Notes: generated by a model from the sequence alone, not told the origin. 64,000 nt of DNA from IMGVR_UViG_3300009011_000001:184575-248574, one strand, 5' to 3'; numbered from the stretch's first letter, positions 17,275 to 26,668 are shown. A program made the numbers and translations.

Positions 17275-17820
17275 TTAAACGAGAGGAGGAGCGGCGTAAG
17301 TCAGGCCGTCCATTTCGACGTCAGGGATCGCGACAGCCAGATCGATGTCTTCGGCTTTCACGGTGATCGTGATGGAGCCAGTGAAGATCAGCGAGTCAGC
17401 TTTGACGACGATTTGAACGTCATGCTCTTCGTTCAGGGTGCCGGTGAACTCAGGCAGGTCGGCGTCGACGAAGTCGTCGGTAGTCAGGTTGACTTTCAGA
17501 CGGCTGTTGAATTCAGGGATCAGGTCGGCGATCTTGGTGGAGTCGCCAATGCTGAAGACCAGGTCGCGATCGCCGCCGGAGGCAATGAATGCCGCACCGA
17601 CGTCGGTGCCCAGGTGTGGACGAACGTAGCGAATAACGCGATCGTTCTTATAGCCCGAACCAGGAGCAGCGGTCAGAGTGAGGCTGGTGTTTTTGCCAGT
17701 TGCTTCAACAACAGGAAGACCCGCCCAGGTGAAAGAAGCCTCGGTGAAGCCTTTGCCAGTCTTGGCATTGACCATATCGAGAATAATCTGCTTGGGCGCT
17801 TTGGTTAAATCGTTGGCCAT
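17275..17820 (-). CDS. Virion fibre-family structural protein (single-domain type; probably abundant)
   Basis: YVRPHL, SLIFTG, C-terminal AIPDVEMDGLTY; strongly biased codons; flanked by hairpins. Confidence 0.8.
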   Translation of the reverse strand: MANDLTKAPKQIILDMVNAKTGKGFTEASFTWAGLPVVEATGKNTSLTLTAAPGSGYKNDRVIRYVRPHLGTDVGAAFIASGGDRDLVFSIGDSTKIADLIPEFNSRLKVNLTTDDFVDADLPEFTGTLNEEHDVQIVVKADSLIFTGSITITVKAEDIDLAVAIPDVEMDGLTYAAPPLV

Positions 17821-17921
17821 GGAAGTAGCTCCGAGGGTGGCGTAAGGAAACAGTTAAACGTGACACATAGAATTGAAGGTTAAAACATACAGGGAGTGGC
17901 AATGCCACTCCCTGTATGCTA

Positions 17922-18461
17922 TCAGTCGTCTAATGGCGGTGCTTCATAGACCAGGCCGTCCAGCACAGGGTCTGGAATTGCAACTACCAAATCGTTGTCT
18001 GCCCGCTTGAGCTTGACAAGCAAGTTGCCGAGATAGACCATCGAAATCGGCAATACCTGGATCTGCACATCAACGCTGACATCGTCCTCGCCCAACACGG
18101 GAAGTCCGGAATCGATGATGCGATCAGGTTTGAGGTTGATGCTCAGCCGTTCGTTAAGCTCAGGAAGTAAATCACTGATCTTTAACTTGCCGTCAGGATC
18201 AAAGTTCAGATCCGTGACGCCGACCTCTACAAACTCGGTCAGAGGAATACGGTTGTAATAAAAGCTTTGACTGCCTCGATACATGAAGCCAGGTCGGGCA
18301 GTACCTACCAGCAACGTGTTACGATCGATTTCCTCGGTGGGTACGAAGACGTTAGGATTACCGAAGGTAATCATCACGTTGCTTAGAGGTTTGTTGTTGT
18401 TCCAGCGACGGATCAGATCGATCACTACATCAATTTCGTCGCGAGTATAATCCGTGGCCAT
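17922..18461 (-). CDS. Virion fibre-family structural protein (single-domain type)
   Basis: YNRIPL, SMVYLG, C-terminal AIPDPVLDGLVY. Confidence 0.8.
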   Translation of the reverse strand: MATDYTRDEIDVVIDLIRRWNNNKPLSNVMITFGNPNVFVPTEEIDRNTLLVGTARPGFMYRGSQSFYYNRIPLTEFVEVGVTDLNFDPDGKLKISDLLPELNERLSINLKPDRIIDSGLPVLGEDDVSVDVQIQVLPISMVYLGNLLVKLKRADNDLVVAIPDPVLDGLVYEAPPLDD

Positions 18462-18479
18462 ACTGAAGATCTCGTGAGG

Positions 18480-18974
18480 TTAGGATCGATCCAATCCGTT
18501 GAGGATATTGTTCGGGAACGCGACTGACAATTCCTCGAGTTCTTGTTCGACCAGATAGACAGTCAATGTGCCTATCCAGACTAAACAATTACCCACTACA
18601 GTAATCGTACAGACGTTCTCGTCAATGATGAATGTCTCGACTTCACTGGCGTAAAGAATGAAGTTGTATTTTCGTCTCAGGGCATTGAGCACACCGGCGC
18701 CGATGATCTCCTTGACATCGACCGATACCTGCCCCACGCCAAGGTCTGTAAATGCTTGTTGCATATCCAGACGTTTGTAATGATAGTCGTAAGAACCTTC
18801 GACGTCCTTGGCGTGAGCAGTCACGCGGATCATCGTGTTGTTGCCGTTCTCAAACTCCCCAGCAGTTGGGCCAGAGAAGGTCAGGTCCTTTCTTGCAAGC
18901 GTTACATTGTGCTGCTCCAGGTAGCTCTGGTTTGCCGACACGATAAGGTCTGTCAGCATTTCTTCATTAGTCAT
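18480..18974 (-). CDS. Virion fibre-family structural protein (single-domain type)
   Basis: YKRLDM, CLVWIG, C-terminal AFPNNILNGL. Confidence 0.8.
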   Translation of the reverse strand: MTNEEMLTDLIVSANQSYLEQHNVTLARKDLTFSGPTAGEFENGNNTMIRVTAHAKDVEGSYDYHYKRLDMQQAFTDLGVGQVSVDVKEIIGAGVLNALRRKYNFILYASEVETFIIDENVCTITVVGNCLVWIGTLTVYLVEQELEELSVAFPNNILNGLDRS

Positions 18975-19000
18975 GGGACATACCTGGGGAAGGTTAGAGG

Positions 19001-19012
19001 TACATAAAGATC
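19001..19012 (-). promoter_or_regulatory. Putative late promoter (TATG) for the fibre operon
   Basis: Reverse complement GATCTTTATGTA upstream of 18974; TATG is the phiKZ late-promoter core. Confidence 0.45.
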
Positions 19013-19020
19013 ATGGATTT

Positions 19021-19041
19021 AACTTTCTTTCAGTCACACAT
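19021..19041 (+). promoter_or_regulatory. Putative early promoter, 21-bp exact repeat of 62595-62615
   Basis: AACTTTCTTTCAGTCACACAT heads a + strand operon of small genes. Confidence 0.65.
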
Positions 19042-19063
19042 AACTCACATGAATCAAACCAAA

Positions 19064-19077
19064 GTCCTTAGGAGGAC
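19064..19077 (+). promoter_or_regulatory. SD-sequestering hairpin GTCCT-TAGG-AGGAC
   Basis: Directly before ATG 19081. Confidence 0.75.
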
Positions 19078-19080
19078 ATA

Positions 19081-19317
19081 ATGGTTAAGAAGCCAAACCA
19101 ACGCGTACTGAAGATTGTTCTTGCTGAAATCGATAAGCTGGGTACTGCGGTCAAGAAATTGATCGACATTGCTCAACCGACTTTCAACCAAGAGCTGGAT
19201 TACATTGCCAGCAATCTGTACCGTTACGACGAAGCCGAGCAATCGAGCTTTATCCGCCGCCGAATTATCGGTCGGTATCACCAGAACTATCTGCGCCAAT
19301 CTCCGGAGGTCGCATGA
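19081..19317 (+). CDS. Hypothetical protein
   Basis: Strong SD; ATGA overlap with next gene. Confidence 0.8.
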   Translation: MVKKPNQRVLKIVLAEIDKLGTAVKKLIDIAQPTFNQELDYIASNLYRYDEAEQSSFIRRRIIGRYHQNYLRQSPEVA

Positions 19318-19820
19318 CAAATCGACCAACGCACCATGACGCAGGCAAGCAACTTATTCGCGTCGGCAAAGACTTGTCTAACATGTCTAGCCACGAGCTT
19401 GTAACCAACCCGGATACAAAGCTCAAGGTTGCTTACATCCGCAACCTAGCGGATCAAGTGGAAGGGTTTCGGTTAAACCCGAATCACATTCCCGCTCGGA
19501 GCGAAGCATTAGGCGATGGATATCACATCCACCGTCGAAAAGCGTTCGATGCAAAAGTTACATACGAAGCCGTCACCAACATACCGGAAATGATCCACTG
19601 GCTGGATTACGTGTTGCGGGAGATGGAATACGAAGTAGCCGAACGGGCAGTTTTTCGCAACGCCTGGATTGAACAGGGCGGTGCTACTAACTGGGCGAAG
19701 ATTAAAAACTTTGCTGATTTCGATCGTCGGCAAACGATGGGCGTTGCCTTAACAACTATTCTTCGAATAGATCTGTGGGCAGCCCACACAGCACAAACGG
19801 TCTATAAAGACCCGCAGTAA
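19314..19820 (+). CDS. Hypothetical protein
   Basis: GGAGG SD, translational coupling. Confidence 0.8.
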   Translation: MTNRPTHHDAGKQLIRVGKDLSNMSSHELVTNPDTKLKVAYIRNLADQVEGFRLNPNHIPARSEALGDGYHIHRRKAFDAKVTYEAVTNIPEMIHWLDYVLREMEYEVAERAVFRNAWIEQGGATNWAKIKNFADFDRRQTMGVALTTILRIDLWAAHTAQTVYKDPQ

Positions 19821-19829
19821 ACAAACCCT

Positions 19830-19843
19830 GTCCTTAGGAGGAC
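19830..19843 (+). promoter_or_regulatory. SD-sequestering hairpin GTCCT-TAGG-AGGAC
   Basis: Before ATG 19850. Confidence 0.75.
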
Positions 19844-19849
19844 TTAGCA

Positions 19850-20236
19850 ATGACTGCATCTTTTCTCGAAACACTGCGTTTTGTTCCTGAGCTTCCTGAC
19901 CTGCTTCCGCCTCAGTACCATCAACACGGTGCAGAGCAAAGCGAGTTCTCGGAAGAGTTCGGCCTGAACTTTACCCGCATGCCAATGAAAGGCATGTACC
20001 TCTTGGTCTCGAAGAAACGTGATCTCGTGATTACGTTCTCGACACTGATGTTTGAGGAGACGGGCCGTAACTCGGTCGCTTTCTATCGGGCGTCTTTTGC
20101 CGACTTTAAGAAAGCGTTTGTGCGTAAGGAGCACACTGACCTGTTCATCCATGTCGAAGACATGGATGCAAGTCTGATGTTCCCTGGCCTTCGCATCGCT
20201 GAGATCATGAAAGAACATCTCAACTTTGCCGTTTAA
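19850..20236 (+). CDS. Hypothetical protein
   Basis: SD and operon context. Confidence 0.8.
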   Translation: MTASFLETLRFVPELPDLLPPQYHQHGAEQSEFSEEFGLNFTRMPMKGMYLLVSKKRDLVITFSTLMFEETGRNSVAFYRASFADFKKAFVRKEHTDLFIHVEDMDASLMFPGLRIAEIMKEHLNFAV

Positions 20237-20244
20237 ACATCCTT

Positions 20245-20258
20245 GTCCTTTGGAGGAC
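20245..20258 (+). promoter_or_regulatory. SD-sequestering hairpin GTCCT-TTGG-AGGAC
   Basis: Before ATG 20261. Confidence 0.75.
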
Positions 20259-20260
20259 TT

Positions 20261-20746
20261 ATGGATCATTTAACTTACAACAAGTCCGAAGAGAAATTCA
20301 TAGAACGTTTTGATTACGTTTCTGGGATTCGCTCTTACGGCAGCATTCCCGAACTCACGGCTATTCGTTTGGCCCGTGAATCAGAAATGCCGGAACAAGC
20401 TCGTTCTGTCTTCGACCCTCGCTTCGAGACGGCCTACATCAACGAGTATGGTGAGCCACGCATCATCGTAGCCGGAAGCAGAGGTCATGTGATCTTTGGC
20501 CGTGATGGTTCTGTGTACGTGTCGATGGAGTATTCTCAAACGTCGGTCTTCTTAAACAGGCCGGCTTTGATCATCGAACTCATAGAGCATGCATTCTACG
20601 GTGGCCATTCTCTGAATGGCATCACGGAAATGCTCGACTCGCAGTTAATGACCCCGAATCAAGCCTTCTCGGATATTCGGTGGTTCGTCAACCGGCATGA
20701 GCAATTGTGCCTGATGCAGAACTGGTCAACAACTGTTGGCAGATAG
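20261..20746 (+). CDS. Hypothetical protein, tandem paralog of 20755
   Basis: AGSRGHVIF...LIEHAFYGG. Confidence 0.8.
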   Translation: MDHLTYNKSEEKFIERFDYVSGIRSYGSIPELTAIRLARESEMPEQARSVFDPRFETAYINEYGEPRIIVAGSRGHVIFGRDGSVYVSMEYSQTSVFLNRPALIIELIEHAFYGGHSLNGITEMLDSQLMTPNQAFSDIRWFVNRHEQLCLMQNWSTTVGR

Positions 20747-20754
20747 GGGCAGTC

Positions 20755-21207
20755 ATGAAGAAACAACTAGGTTTCAGTAAAACGAAGAATGCCTTCGATC
20801 AGGTTGTTTGGAACACACGCGTGTTCAGCGACTTGGGTCGAATCTCCAATCAGGAAGCTATTGGTCGAGCCTATCAATCTACTCAGGTTGAGATCGGCCG
20901 TAAGTTTGCCTGGTTTGGCGAGAACGGCGCTTGCGTTATCGCTGCCGGTCATGCCGGCGATGTCATGTTCGACAAAACGTTGGACGTGCAGTTGTCTGAA
21001 ACGTACAAAGATTCGGAGGTCTTCAAGCAGGAACCCGAGTTAGTAATCAACCTGCTTGAATATGCTTTCTATTCAGGGAATCCTTTATTCGGTCTTATCG
21101 AGGCACTGGATAAACAAATCCTGAATAGAGAGTCGGCTGAAGAAGGAGTCAAGTATTTCCGCTCCATCTTCAAAACCCTTGCAAACATCACCGATACCTC
21201 TCACTAA
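20755..21207 (+). CDS. Hypothetical protein, tandem paralog of 20261
   Basis: AGHAGDVMF...LLEYAFYSG. Confidence 0.8.
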   Translation: MKKQLGFSKTKNAFDQVVWNTRVFSDLGRISNQEAIGRAYQSTQVEIGRKFAWFGENGACVIAAGHAGDVMFDKTLDVQLSETYKDSEVFKQEPELVINLLEYAFYSGNPLFGLIEALDKQILNRESAEEGVKYFRSIFKTLANITDTSH

Positions 21208-21223
21208 GGTTCTGGAGAAAAAC

Positions 21224-21583
21224 ATGAGCCAAGTAAAAATCAAGGTTGACGATAACGACCTGGTGCTGTACATCAACCCTGACGAACGTCCGGCCGGTCT
21301 GCCTAAAGTAGGCACTGTTCCTGTCGTTATCAAACCTGGCTCCATGCGCGAGCTGGTGCAAGTCAGCGGTAACATTCGCGTTTACGACAATAAGCGCGAT
21401 CGCGCAGCTTTCGAACAAGAGCTGCGTCAACAAGTCGAACGTCCGTACATCCTGTATCGACTGTTCGGCGAACTGGGCGAAAACCCAACCACCAACAAAC
21501 TGAACCCATCCATCCACAGCCGCAAACAACGTGGCTGGTTGCGACCGGGCGAAGTTCCAGCAAACACTCCGGCTAGCGCCTAA
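21224..21583 (+). CDS. Hypothetical protein
   Basis: GGAG SD before MSQVKI. Confidence 0.8.
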   Translation: MSQVKIKVDDNDLVLYINPDERPAGLPKVGTVPVVIKPGSMRELVQVSGNIRVYDNKRDRAAFEQELRQQVERPYILYRLFGELGENPTTNKLNPSIHSRKQRGWLRPGEVPANTPASA

Positions 21584-21592
21584 GGAAGCTTC

Positions 21593-21790
21593 ATGCTCAT
21601 TGGACTGATTGTTTTGTTCGCACTCAACTCCGCACTCGCCTACTTCTTGCTATACGGGCGGGTGTGGTGGAAAAGTGGCAACCGTCTGTTCTCTGTGGGA
21701 TGGACGGTTGTTGTTTCTTTAATCCTGGTCTTCTGTGAGATCAAGATGTTTGCCGTACCCTTAGCTGCACTGAAGTACCTGTTCCGCTAA
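21593..21790 (+). CDS. Small two-TM membrane protein
   Basis: AAGGA SD, two hydrophobic segments. Confidence 0.7.
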   Translation: MLIGLIVLFALNSALAYFLLYGRVWWKSGNRLFSVGWTVVVSLILVFCEIKMFAVPLAALKYLFR

Positions 21791-21812
21791 TCGTTTGTTC
21801 TTTTATTTTACT

Positions 21813-21826
21813 GTCCTTTGGAGGAC
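21813..21826 (+). promoter_or_regulatory. SD-sequestering hairpin GTCCT-TTGG-AGGAC
   Basis: Before ATG 21832. Confidence 0.75.
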
Positions 21827-21831
21827 TTGCA

Positions 21832-22374
21832 ATGCGCGTTTACAAACTCAAAGCCCGCAAAATTGTTGTTAGCGAAAATGGTGTCAGTAAAGTACTCAAC
21901 CTGCCATGTGGTGTGAGCTACAGTGAAGAAGGCGAGCGTTTCTACGCTGGCGTCATCAACGAGGAAACCAACGGTTGGGCAACCCGCAGTTGGTCAATCA
22001 AGAAACATGGTGCGATCAGCGCGTTCGAACAGGCCGTAGCGACTCGGGAAGAGTCGCTGTCGTTCCTGCTCACCAAGCGGATGCTTCCACGTATTCGCAA
22101 CACTTACAACATCCGTGTTGTAAACGGTCTGCATGTAGTGCGCGATCCACTGAACAAGTGCTATCGCATGTTCGCTACGGCAGAGTCGGCTCAGGCGTTC
22201 AACAAAGCTATCACCGCTGAATGGATCAATGCTAATAGGTTCAGCAAGATCACAATGATCCAACCCTACATCAACATCAACGATACCTGGAGCGAGCGTC
22301 GCCCCAGTGTACTGCTGTCGTTGAAAGGGTCTGAAATCCTCAGTGGTGCCACATCTAACTACGGACCTCATTAA
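21832..22374 (+). CDS. AP2-like DNA-binding domain protein
   Basis: GVSY...FYA...RSWSIKKHG..SAFEQAVATRE matches the AP2 three-strand plus helix pattern; no HNH motif seen. Confidence 0.6.
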   Translation: MRVYKLKARKIVVSENGVSKVLNLPCGVSYSEEGERFYAGVINEETNGWATRSWSIKKHGAISAFEQAVATREESLSFLLTKRMLPRIRNTYNIRVVNGLHVVRDPLNKCYRMFATAESAQAFNKAITAEWINANRFSKITMIQPYININDTWSERRPSVLLSLKGSEILSGATSNYGPH

Positions 22375-22376
22375 TC

Positions 22377-22526
22377 ATGATCCCTACAGACGATGAGCTT
22401 GACCGCCGCGCCCATGAACGCCACATGCAGGCTATCCGTAATAAGCTGATTAATGGCTTTAAGTTGATAGTCGTCATCGGCCTTGTTGTCCTCGCGATTC
22501 AAGCTGTGCGAGGGTTTAGCCAATGA
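22377..22526 (+). CDS. Small membrane protein, 49 aa (not in ORF track)
   Basis: MIPTDDELDRRAHERHMQAIRNKLINGFKLIVVIGLVVLAIQAVRGFSQ*; fills the gap and overlaps the next ATG. Confidence 0.6.
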   Translation: MIPTDDELDRRAHERHMQAIRNKLINGFKLIVVIGLVVLAIQAVRGFSQ

Positions 22527-22723
22527 TCAAAAAGAACGAATGGTCCGACGTCTACATCTGGGCGCTTGCCGCATTCTTCGTTCTTGCGTTAAATCTGACG
22601 GTGGCTTTCAATAAGCCATCGAAGGAAGAAGAAGCGTGCTCCAATAACTCTCTTCGTACTGAAGCAATGGTCTTGGCTAACACCAACATCATCTCGCATC
22701 ACTACGGCTGCTTTAACGGCTAA
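22523..22723 (+). CDS. Small membrane protein
   Basis: One TM segment, ATGA coupling. Confidence 0.65.
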   Translation: MIKKNEWSDVYIWALAAFFVLALNLTVAFNKPSKEEEACSNNSLRTEAMVLANTNIISHHYGCFNG

Positions 22724-22775
22724 CGCTCTGAGCCGGGGGTTCGCCCCCGGTGTTATGCCGCAAACTTATTTTTAG

Positions 22776-22789
22776 GTCCTTAGGAGGAC
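22776..22789 (+). promoter_or_regulatory. SD-sequestering hairpin GTCCT-TAGG-AGGAC
   Basis: Before ATG 22793. Confidence 0.75.
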
Positions 22790-22792
22790 GGA

Positions 22793-23158
22793 ATGAAAAC
22801 TCCAAGTTTCTTTGATCAGCTCGATGCACACCTGGAAGAAATCTTCGGCAAGTCTGGGGCTGCAGCCAGAACGCGAGCGGCTGCTGCGGCAATCAAAGAC
22901 CCAACTGTCTTTGACGATACTCGCCTGAACAACCTCCAGACTACCATCAAAGTTCTGATTGAAGACCACCAGGACGAGCTGGAGGTGCTTAAGGCACCGA
23001 TCAGCTACATCGGTGAGGATGGAACATGGCGGGTCACCAATCTGCCTGTGGCGGTCTTGAATGAAGTGTTTGCTCAAGAACTGAGCGCAACAGATTCGCT
23101 GGCGATGGTCATCGGGCTGTACACCGAAGATCTCGAAAAGAAATTCAAAGCCAAATAA
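22793..23158 (+). CDS. Hypothetical protein
   Basis: Strong SD, 121 aa. Confidence 0.8.
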   Translation: MKTPSFFDQLDAHLEEIFGKSGAAARTRAAAAAIKDPTVFDDTRLNNLQTTIKVLIEDHQDELEVLKAPISYIGEDGTWRVTNLPVAVLNEVFAQELSATDSLAMVIGLYTEDLEKKFKAK

Positions 23159-23182
23159 CTATTCCAAGGGGAATGTAGAAAT

Positions 23183-25060
23183 ATGAAAGCTTTTAAAGAC
23201 GCACTGAAATCGTTCAAGCGCAAAGCTCTGATCCCAACCATCAAGCTGCGCAATCAAGTACGCGAGACAGTCTTCGCGAAAGAACTCGAAGAACTTCGAT
23301 CTCTCGACCTGGAATCGAAACAAGGGTTGGTGCGCAGGGCGGTCCGTGTCGTTCGCACTCCTGGTCTCGAAACACCAGACGGTATCGATGTGGTCAATGA
23401 GCCAGGTGTCGCCATCTCGGTTAAAGGGGACGGGGAAATAAAAGAAGCTCTTAAACCGCAAACAGCTCTTCGGGATTTGTTACATCTTGGCCGACCGTCC
23501 AACATCGACCACCTGCTCCGTCATCCGGGCTCGTTTACCGGCGGAGTTCCACGCGGTTTTGACCGCGGTTTTGAAATTCGCGATGGCGTGCTCAAGACTG
23601 AAAGCTTCGGATGCAATTGCAAAGAACGCAGCGCGGAGTTAGGTCTCCCTGGCCTGCAATGCGTTCTTTGCACGCCGTCAGCAGCTCGCCAGGAAATGCA
23701 CAATGGGACGATACATGTGAAAGGCATATTCGCGCAGGGTGAAACTGCAAGGCGCATCCTCACTGGTGTCGAACTCGACGGCAAAGAGGGAGTGGTTGAG
23801 GAACCTGTCGACATTGAAGTCGCCGGTCTGGCCATCGCTCTGCGTAACGGTCGTTACATTGCGGACAGTACCGAGGTGCCTCTTACCCCGCGTTACGATA
23901 ACCGTAACACGATGGCGGCCATCCATGCCATTGCTAACGCTGTAAGCTGCAAAGAAACTTTGTCCTTTGCGTTAAAGTTTCCTGACGGTTACGATGGCAG
24001 CGATGAGTTCCTCATCAAGGTTACGGCGCCATACTTGCCTATGGGCGGGGCACTCGGCGCCGATCTGAACATGATCTCCAACGACATCCGCCATGTCGGC
24101 TACGTGCCAAATTCGATTATCGGCAAGAACTCTTTCAGTCCGGGCTTCATTGCGTTCGCCACAGCGATGGCGCACACGCTGAACGAGGAGGGTACTCACT
24201 ACAAGTACTCTCTGGTTAAGGTTCTGCATGAGAAAGTTCGCCTGGAACACGAGGCTGACGTCCTTGAGAAATTCAAGGAAAGTCTCAGAAACATCGCAAC
24301 CATGCTGGAATACGGTGACGATCTGAACTTCGAAGTCATCGGTAAGCCGATGCTTGGACTCACCGGTTATCGCGCAAAGGTCGAGTTCATTTCTGACCAA
24401 CCGTGCCTGCGCATGTTCGAAGCACTCCAGCCTGCCATCTTCCAGGGCGAATGGATCGACTTCAACGAAGTCGGCCGCATCGAGCAAAAACTCATCAATA
24501 AGAAGGAGGACGAGAAACTCGCCCAGCAGAAAACGATTCCAAACACGACTCGATTGAGCAATGCGTTCGACGATCCTAACCAGGTTGTACCGGATGATTT
24601 TGTAAAACCAGATGCGTTTGTAAGGGATGTGCCTTTGACCATTTCGCCAAAGGTTTTGGTCGAGGCGCGCTGGAAACACATTCATGGTGTCAAAGAGAAA
24701 GCTCTGAAAGCGATGCTTGACGGAGCCTTCCCAGAATCCGCCATTATTGGCGAGATTGAGTTCGCCATCCATGAATCGACTCTGGCGATGAAACATCGTG
24801 AGAAAGATGCAAAGGTTGTTCAGTTCCCGCTGGCTTATGAAGCAGCGTACATGATGTTTGCCGAAGAGCTACTGGAAGAGATTCTGAATCGCCCACACTT
24901 CCCGTTCCCCGTGAAAGCTTTCATCCAACACAGCCACCCGCTATCCCACAACCTCGGTGTCGTTTCTGCGGTGCTTCCAATCCTTAGCGAGATCGCCAAG
25001 AAGAAAGGGCGCATTCACCTCGTCAGCCGAGAGCTTTTCGAACATCCTGTTCTGAAGTGA
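23183..25060 (+). CDS. Large hypothetical protein with possible Zn site (CNC...CVLC)
   Basis: 625-aa ORF ending at a bidirectional hairpin. Confidence 0.8.
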   Translation: MKAFKDALKSFKRKALIPTIKLRNQVRETVFAKELEELRSLDLESKQGLVRRAVRVVRTPGLETPDGIDVVNEPGVAISVKGDGEIKEALKPQTALRDLLHLGRPSNIDHLLRHPGSFTGGVPRGFDRGFEIRDGVLKTESFGCNCKERSAELGLPGLQCVLCTPSAARQEMHNGTIHVKGIFAQGETARRILTGVELDGKEGVVEEPVDIEVAGLAIALRNGRYIADSTEVPLTPRYDNRNTMAAIHAIANAVSCKETLSFALKFPDGYDGSDEFLIKVTAPYLPMGGALGADLNMISNDIRHVGYVPNSIIGKNSFSPGFIAFATAMAHTLNEEGTHYKYSLVKVLHEKVRLEHEADVLEKFKESLRNIATMLEYGDDLNFEVIGKPMLGLTGYRAKVEFISDQPCLRMFEALQPAIFQGEWIDFNEVGRIEQKLINKKEDEKLAQQKTIPNTTRLSNAFDDPNQVVPDDFVKPDAFVRDVPLTISPKVLVEARWKHIHGVKEKALKAMLDGAFPESAIIGEIEFAIHESTLAMKHREKDAKVVQFPLAYEAAYMMFAEELLEEILNRPHFPFPVKAFIQHSHPLSHNLGVVSAVLPILSEIAKKKGRIHLVSRELFEHPVLK

Positions 25061-25067
25061 CCGTAAC

Positions 25068-25118
25068 GACATACAGCCAGCCCTTGCGGGCTGGCTGTAT
25101 GCTTGTTCTTTTTTTTTG
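25068..25118. terminator. Bidirectional hairpin-TATGC terminator
   Basis: catacagccagccc-ttgc-gggctggctgtatg followed by poly-T. Confidence 0.8.
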
Positions 25119-25120
25119 TC

Positions 25121-26668
25121 TTACTCGCCAAAATCATCGAAGTCACGACCGGCCTCACCGCCAGCAAGACGACCACCTACTTTCTTGTAGGAGTAATCAT
25201 GCTCAGTGCCCATGTCGTATTTGAAACCAATCATCGGCAGCTCAAGGAACCGCAAAGCAAATTGTTTATGGTCTTCGTTCGTTGCACCCAGTTTACGGTG
25301 TTTTCCCCACTGGTATTGTTGCCAGGTGATGCCGGCATGTACGCGTTTATCAATGAAGTACTCAAAGTCGAATTCGGTGTCAAGCTTCTTACAGCCCTCG
25401 TAGAAGCCTTTACCTACCAGACGTGGGAGATACTCGTCAGGATACATCCGCGCCTCTTCCTTGGCCTGTGTAGACAGCTGGTGGGCCGTATAATGGAAGA
25501 TGTTGTTCGGGGATGTGTAATGACGGACGTAACGGTGCACGCCTTGGACTTCGTCACCTGCGGTCTGAACAGGAATGCCTTGCTTACCCAAAAGGTTAGC
25601 GTAGTCCAAACCAGCCGAGATGATTTCGTAGCCTTCCTCGATGTAACCGCGAAGAGAATCGATGTAGTCGGTGTACGGTTCGCCACCAGTGAACTCCTGG
25701 AACTTGACTTTGAACCCACGCTCCTGCAAACGATCACGAACATACGTGGCCAGTTCAAGTGGAGGAATGCCACGAATATCGATCGGACGTTCCCAATTGA
25801 ACTCTTGCTGCTTGAGCATGATGTACACTTTCTGATACACAAGTTCAAGCTTATCTTCGATCGTCGTATAGACGTGAAGAGGAATCTTGGTCTCGTCGAA
25901 CAGAACGGGTTCGTTATAGATGCACATCGAGATCAGGAAGTCAAGAAGGTTACCCGACTTGTTACGGCCTGGAAGCGCACTGACGTTCAACCACTCACCG
26001 CGTCTGAAACCTTCTTGGTCGCCAGTCATGCGGTTTACAGCTTTGATGGCATGCTTGAGGATGGATCTAGGGTCGATCGCTGTCTGAGCAAGGTTGAAGA
26101 CCGCAGCCATCGATTCAAGGTCATCGACGTCAATCGATCGTGCGATAGCAGCTGCCCGCTTCTTATCGCCCAACGAAAGATTCTGAAGCTTCATTACCAG
26201 GTCGTTACGGAAGTCTTGAAGGTTCTTGATGTTCTCCTTCTCGAATGCCAAACGACGACTAGCTTTACGAACAAGTTCCTCGAACTCTTTGACCGCCGCA
26301 AACGACATCAATTCGTGAGTAAATTCTTCGTACTTATCTTTTGCTGCTTGTGCATCATCAATCAGCAGCAAAGTCTTGCAAAATAGATCATATAGACGAT
26401 CGTTATCTCCCGTGGCGATGCGCACACGGGTCATTAGGTCATCCAGCTCAATCGGTTTTTCTGACCCACGCTGCTTAAGCCAGATCAACAATGCCCGTAG
26501 CTTGAGGAGAGACGACTTCTCCGTATTGACCAGCTGACGCTCATCGGAAATCTGAACGTGAGATACCGCGTTTTCTAATACGTTATGAAGCGCATCTTCG
26601 TTGATACTGCAGTGGCTAGCGTAATACGCCGCGCCAATAGCTTTAGCTAAGAGTAGCTTGATTTCCAT
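25121..26668 (-). CDS. dnaB: DnaB-like replicative helicase (phiKZ gp118-like)
   Basis: GFRRGE, Walker A variant ALPGRNKS, LDY Walker B, TAHQLS, GKHR; divergent from the capsid gene as in phiKZ. Confidence 0.85.
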   Translation of the reverse strand: MEIKLLLAKAIGAAYYASHCSINEDALHNVLENAVSHVQISDERQLVNTEKSSLLKLRALLIWLKQRGSEKPIELDDLMTRVRIATGDNDRLYDLFCKTLLLIDDAQAAKDKYEEFTHELMSFAAVKEFEELVRKASRRLAFEKENIKNLQDFRNDLVMKLQNLSLGDKKRAAAIARSIDVDDLESMAAVFNLAQTAIDPRSILKHAIKAVNRMTGDQEGFRRGEWLNVSALPGRNKSGNLLDFLISMCIYNEPVLFDETKIPLHVYTTIEDKLELVYQKVYIMLKQQEFNWERPIDIRGIPPLELATYVRDRLQERGFKVKFQEFTGGEPYTDYIDSLRGYIEEGYEIISAGLDYANLLGKQGIPVQTAGDEVQGVHRYVRHYTSPNNIFHYTAHQLSTQAKEEARMYPDEYLPRLVGKGFYEGCKKLDTEFDFEYFIDKRVHAGITWQQYQWGKHRKLGATNEDHKQFALRFLELPMIGFKYDMGTEHDYSYKKVGGRLAGGEAGRDFDDFGE

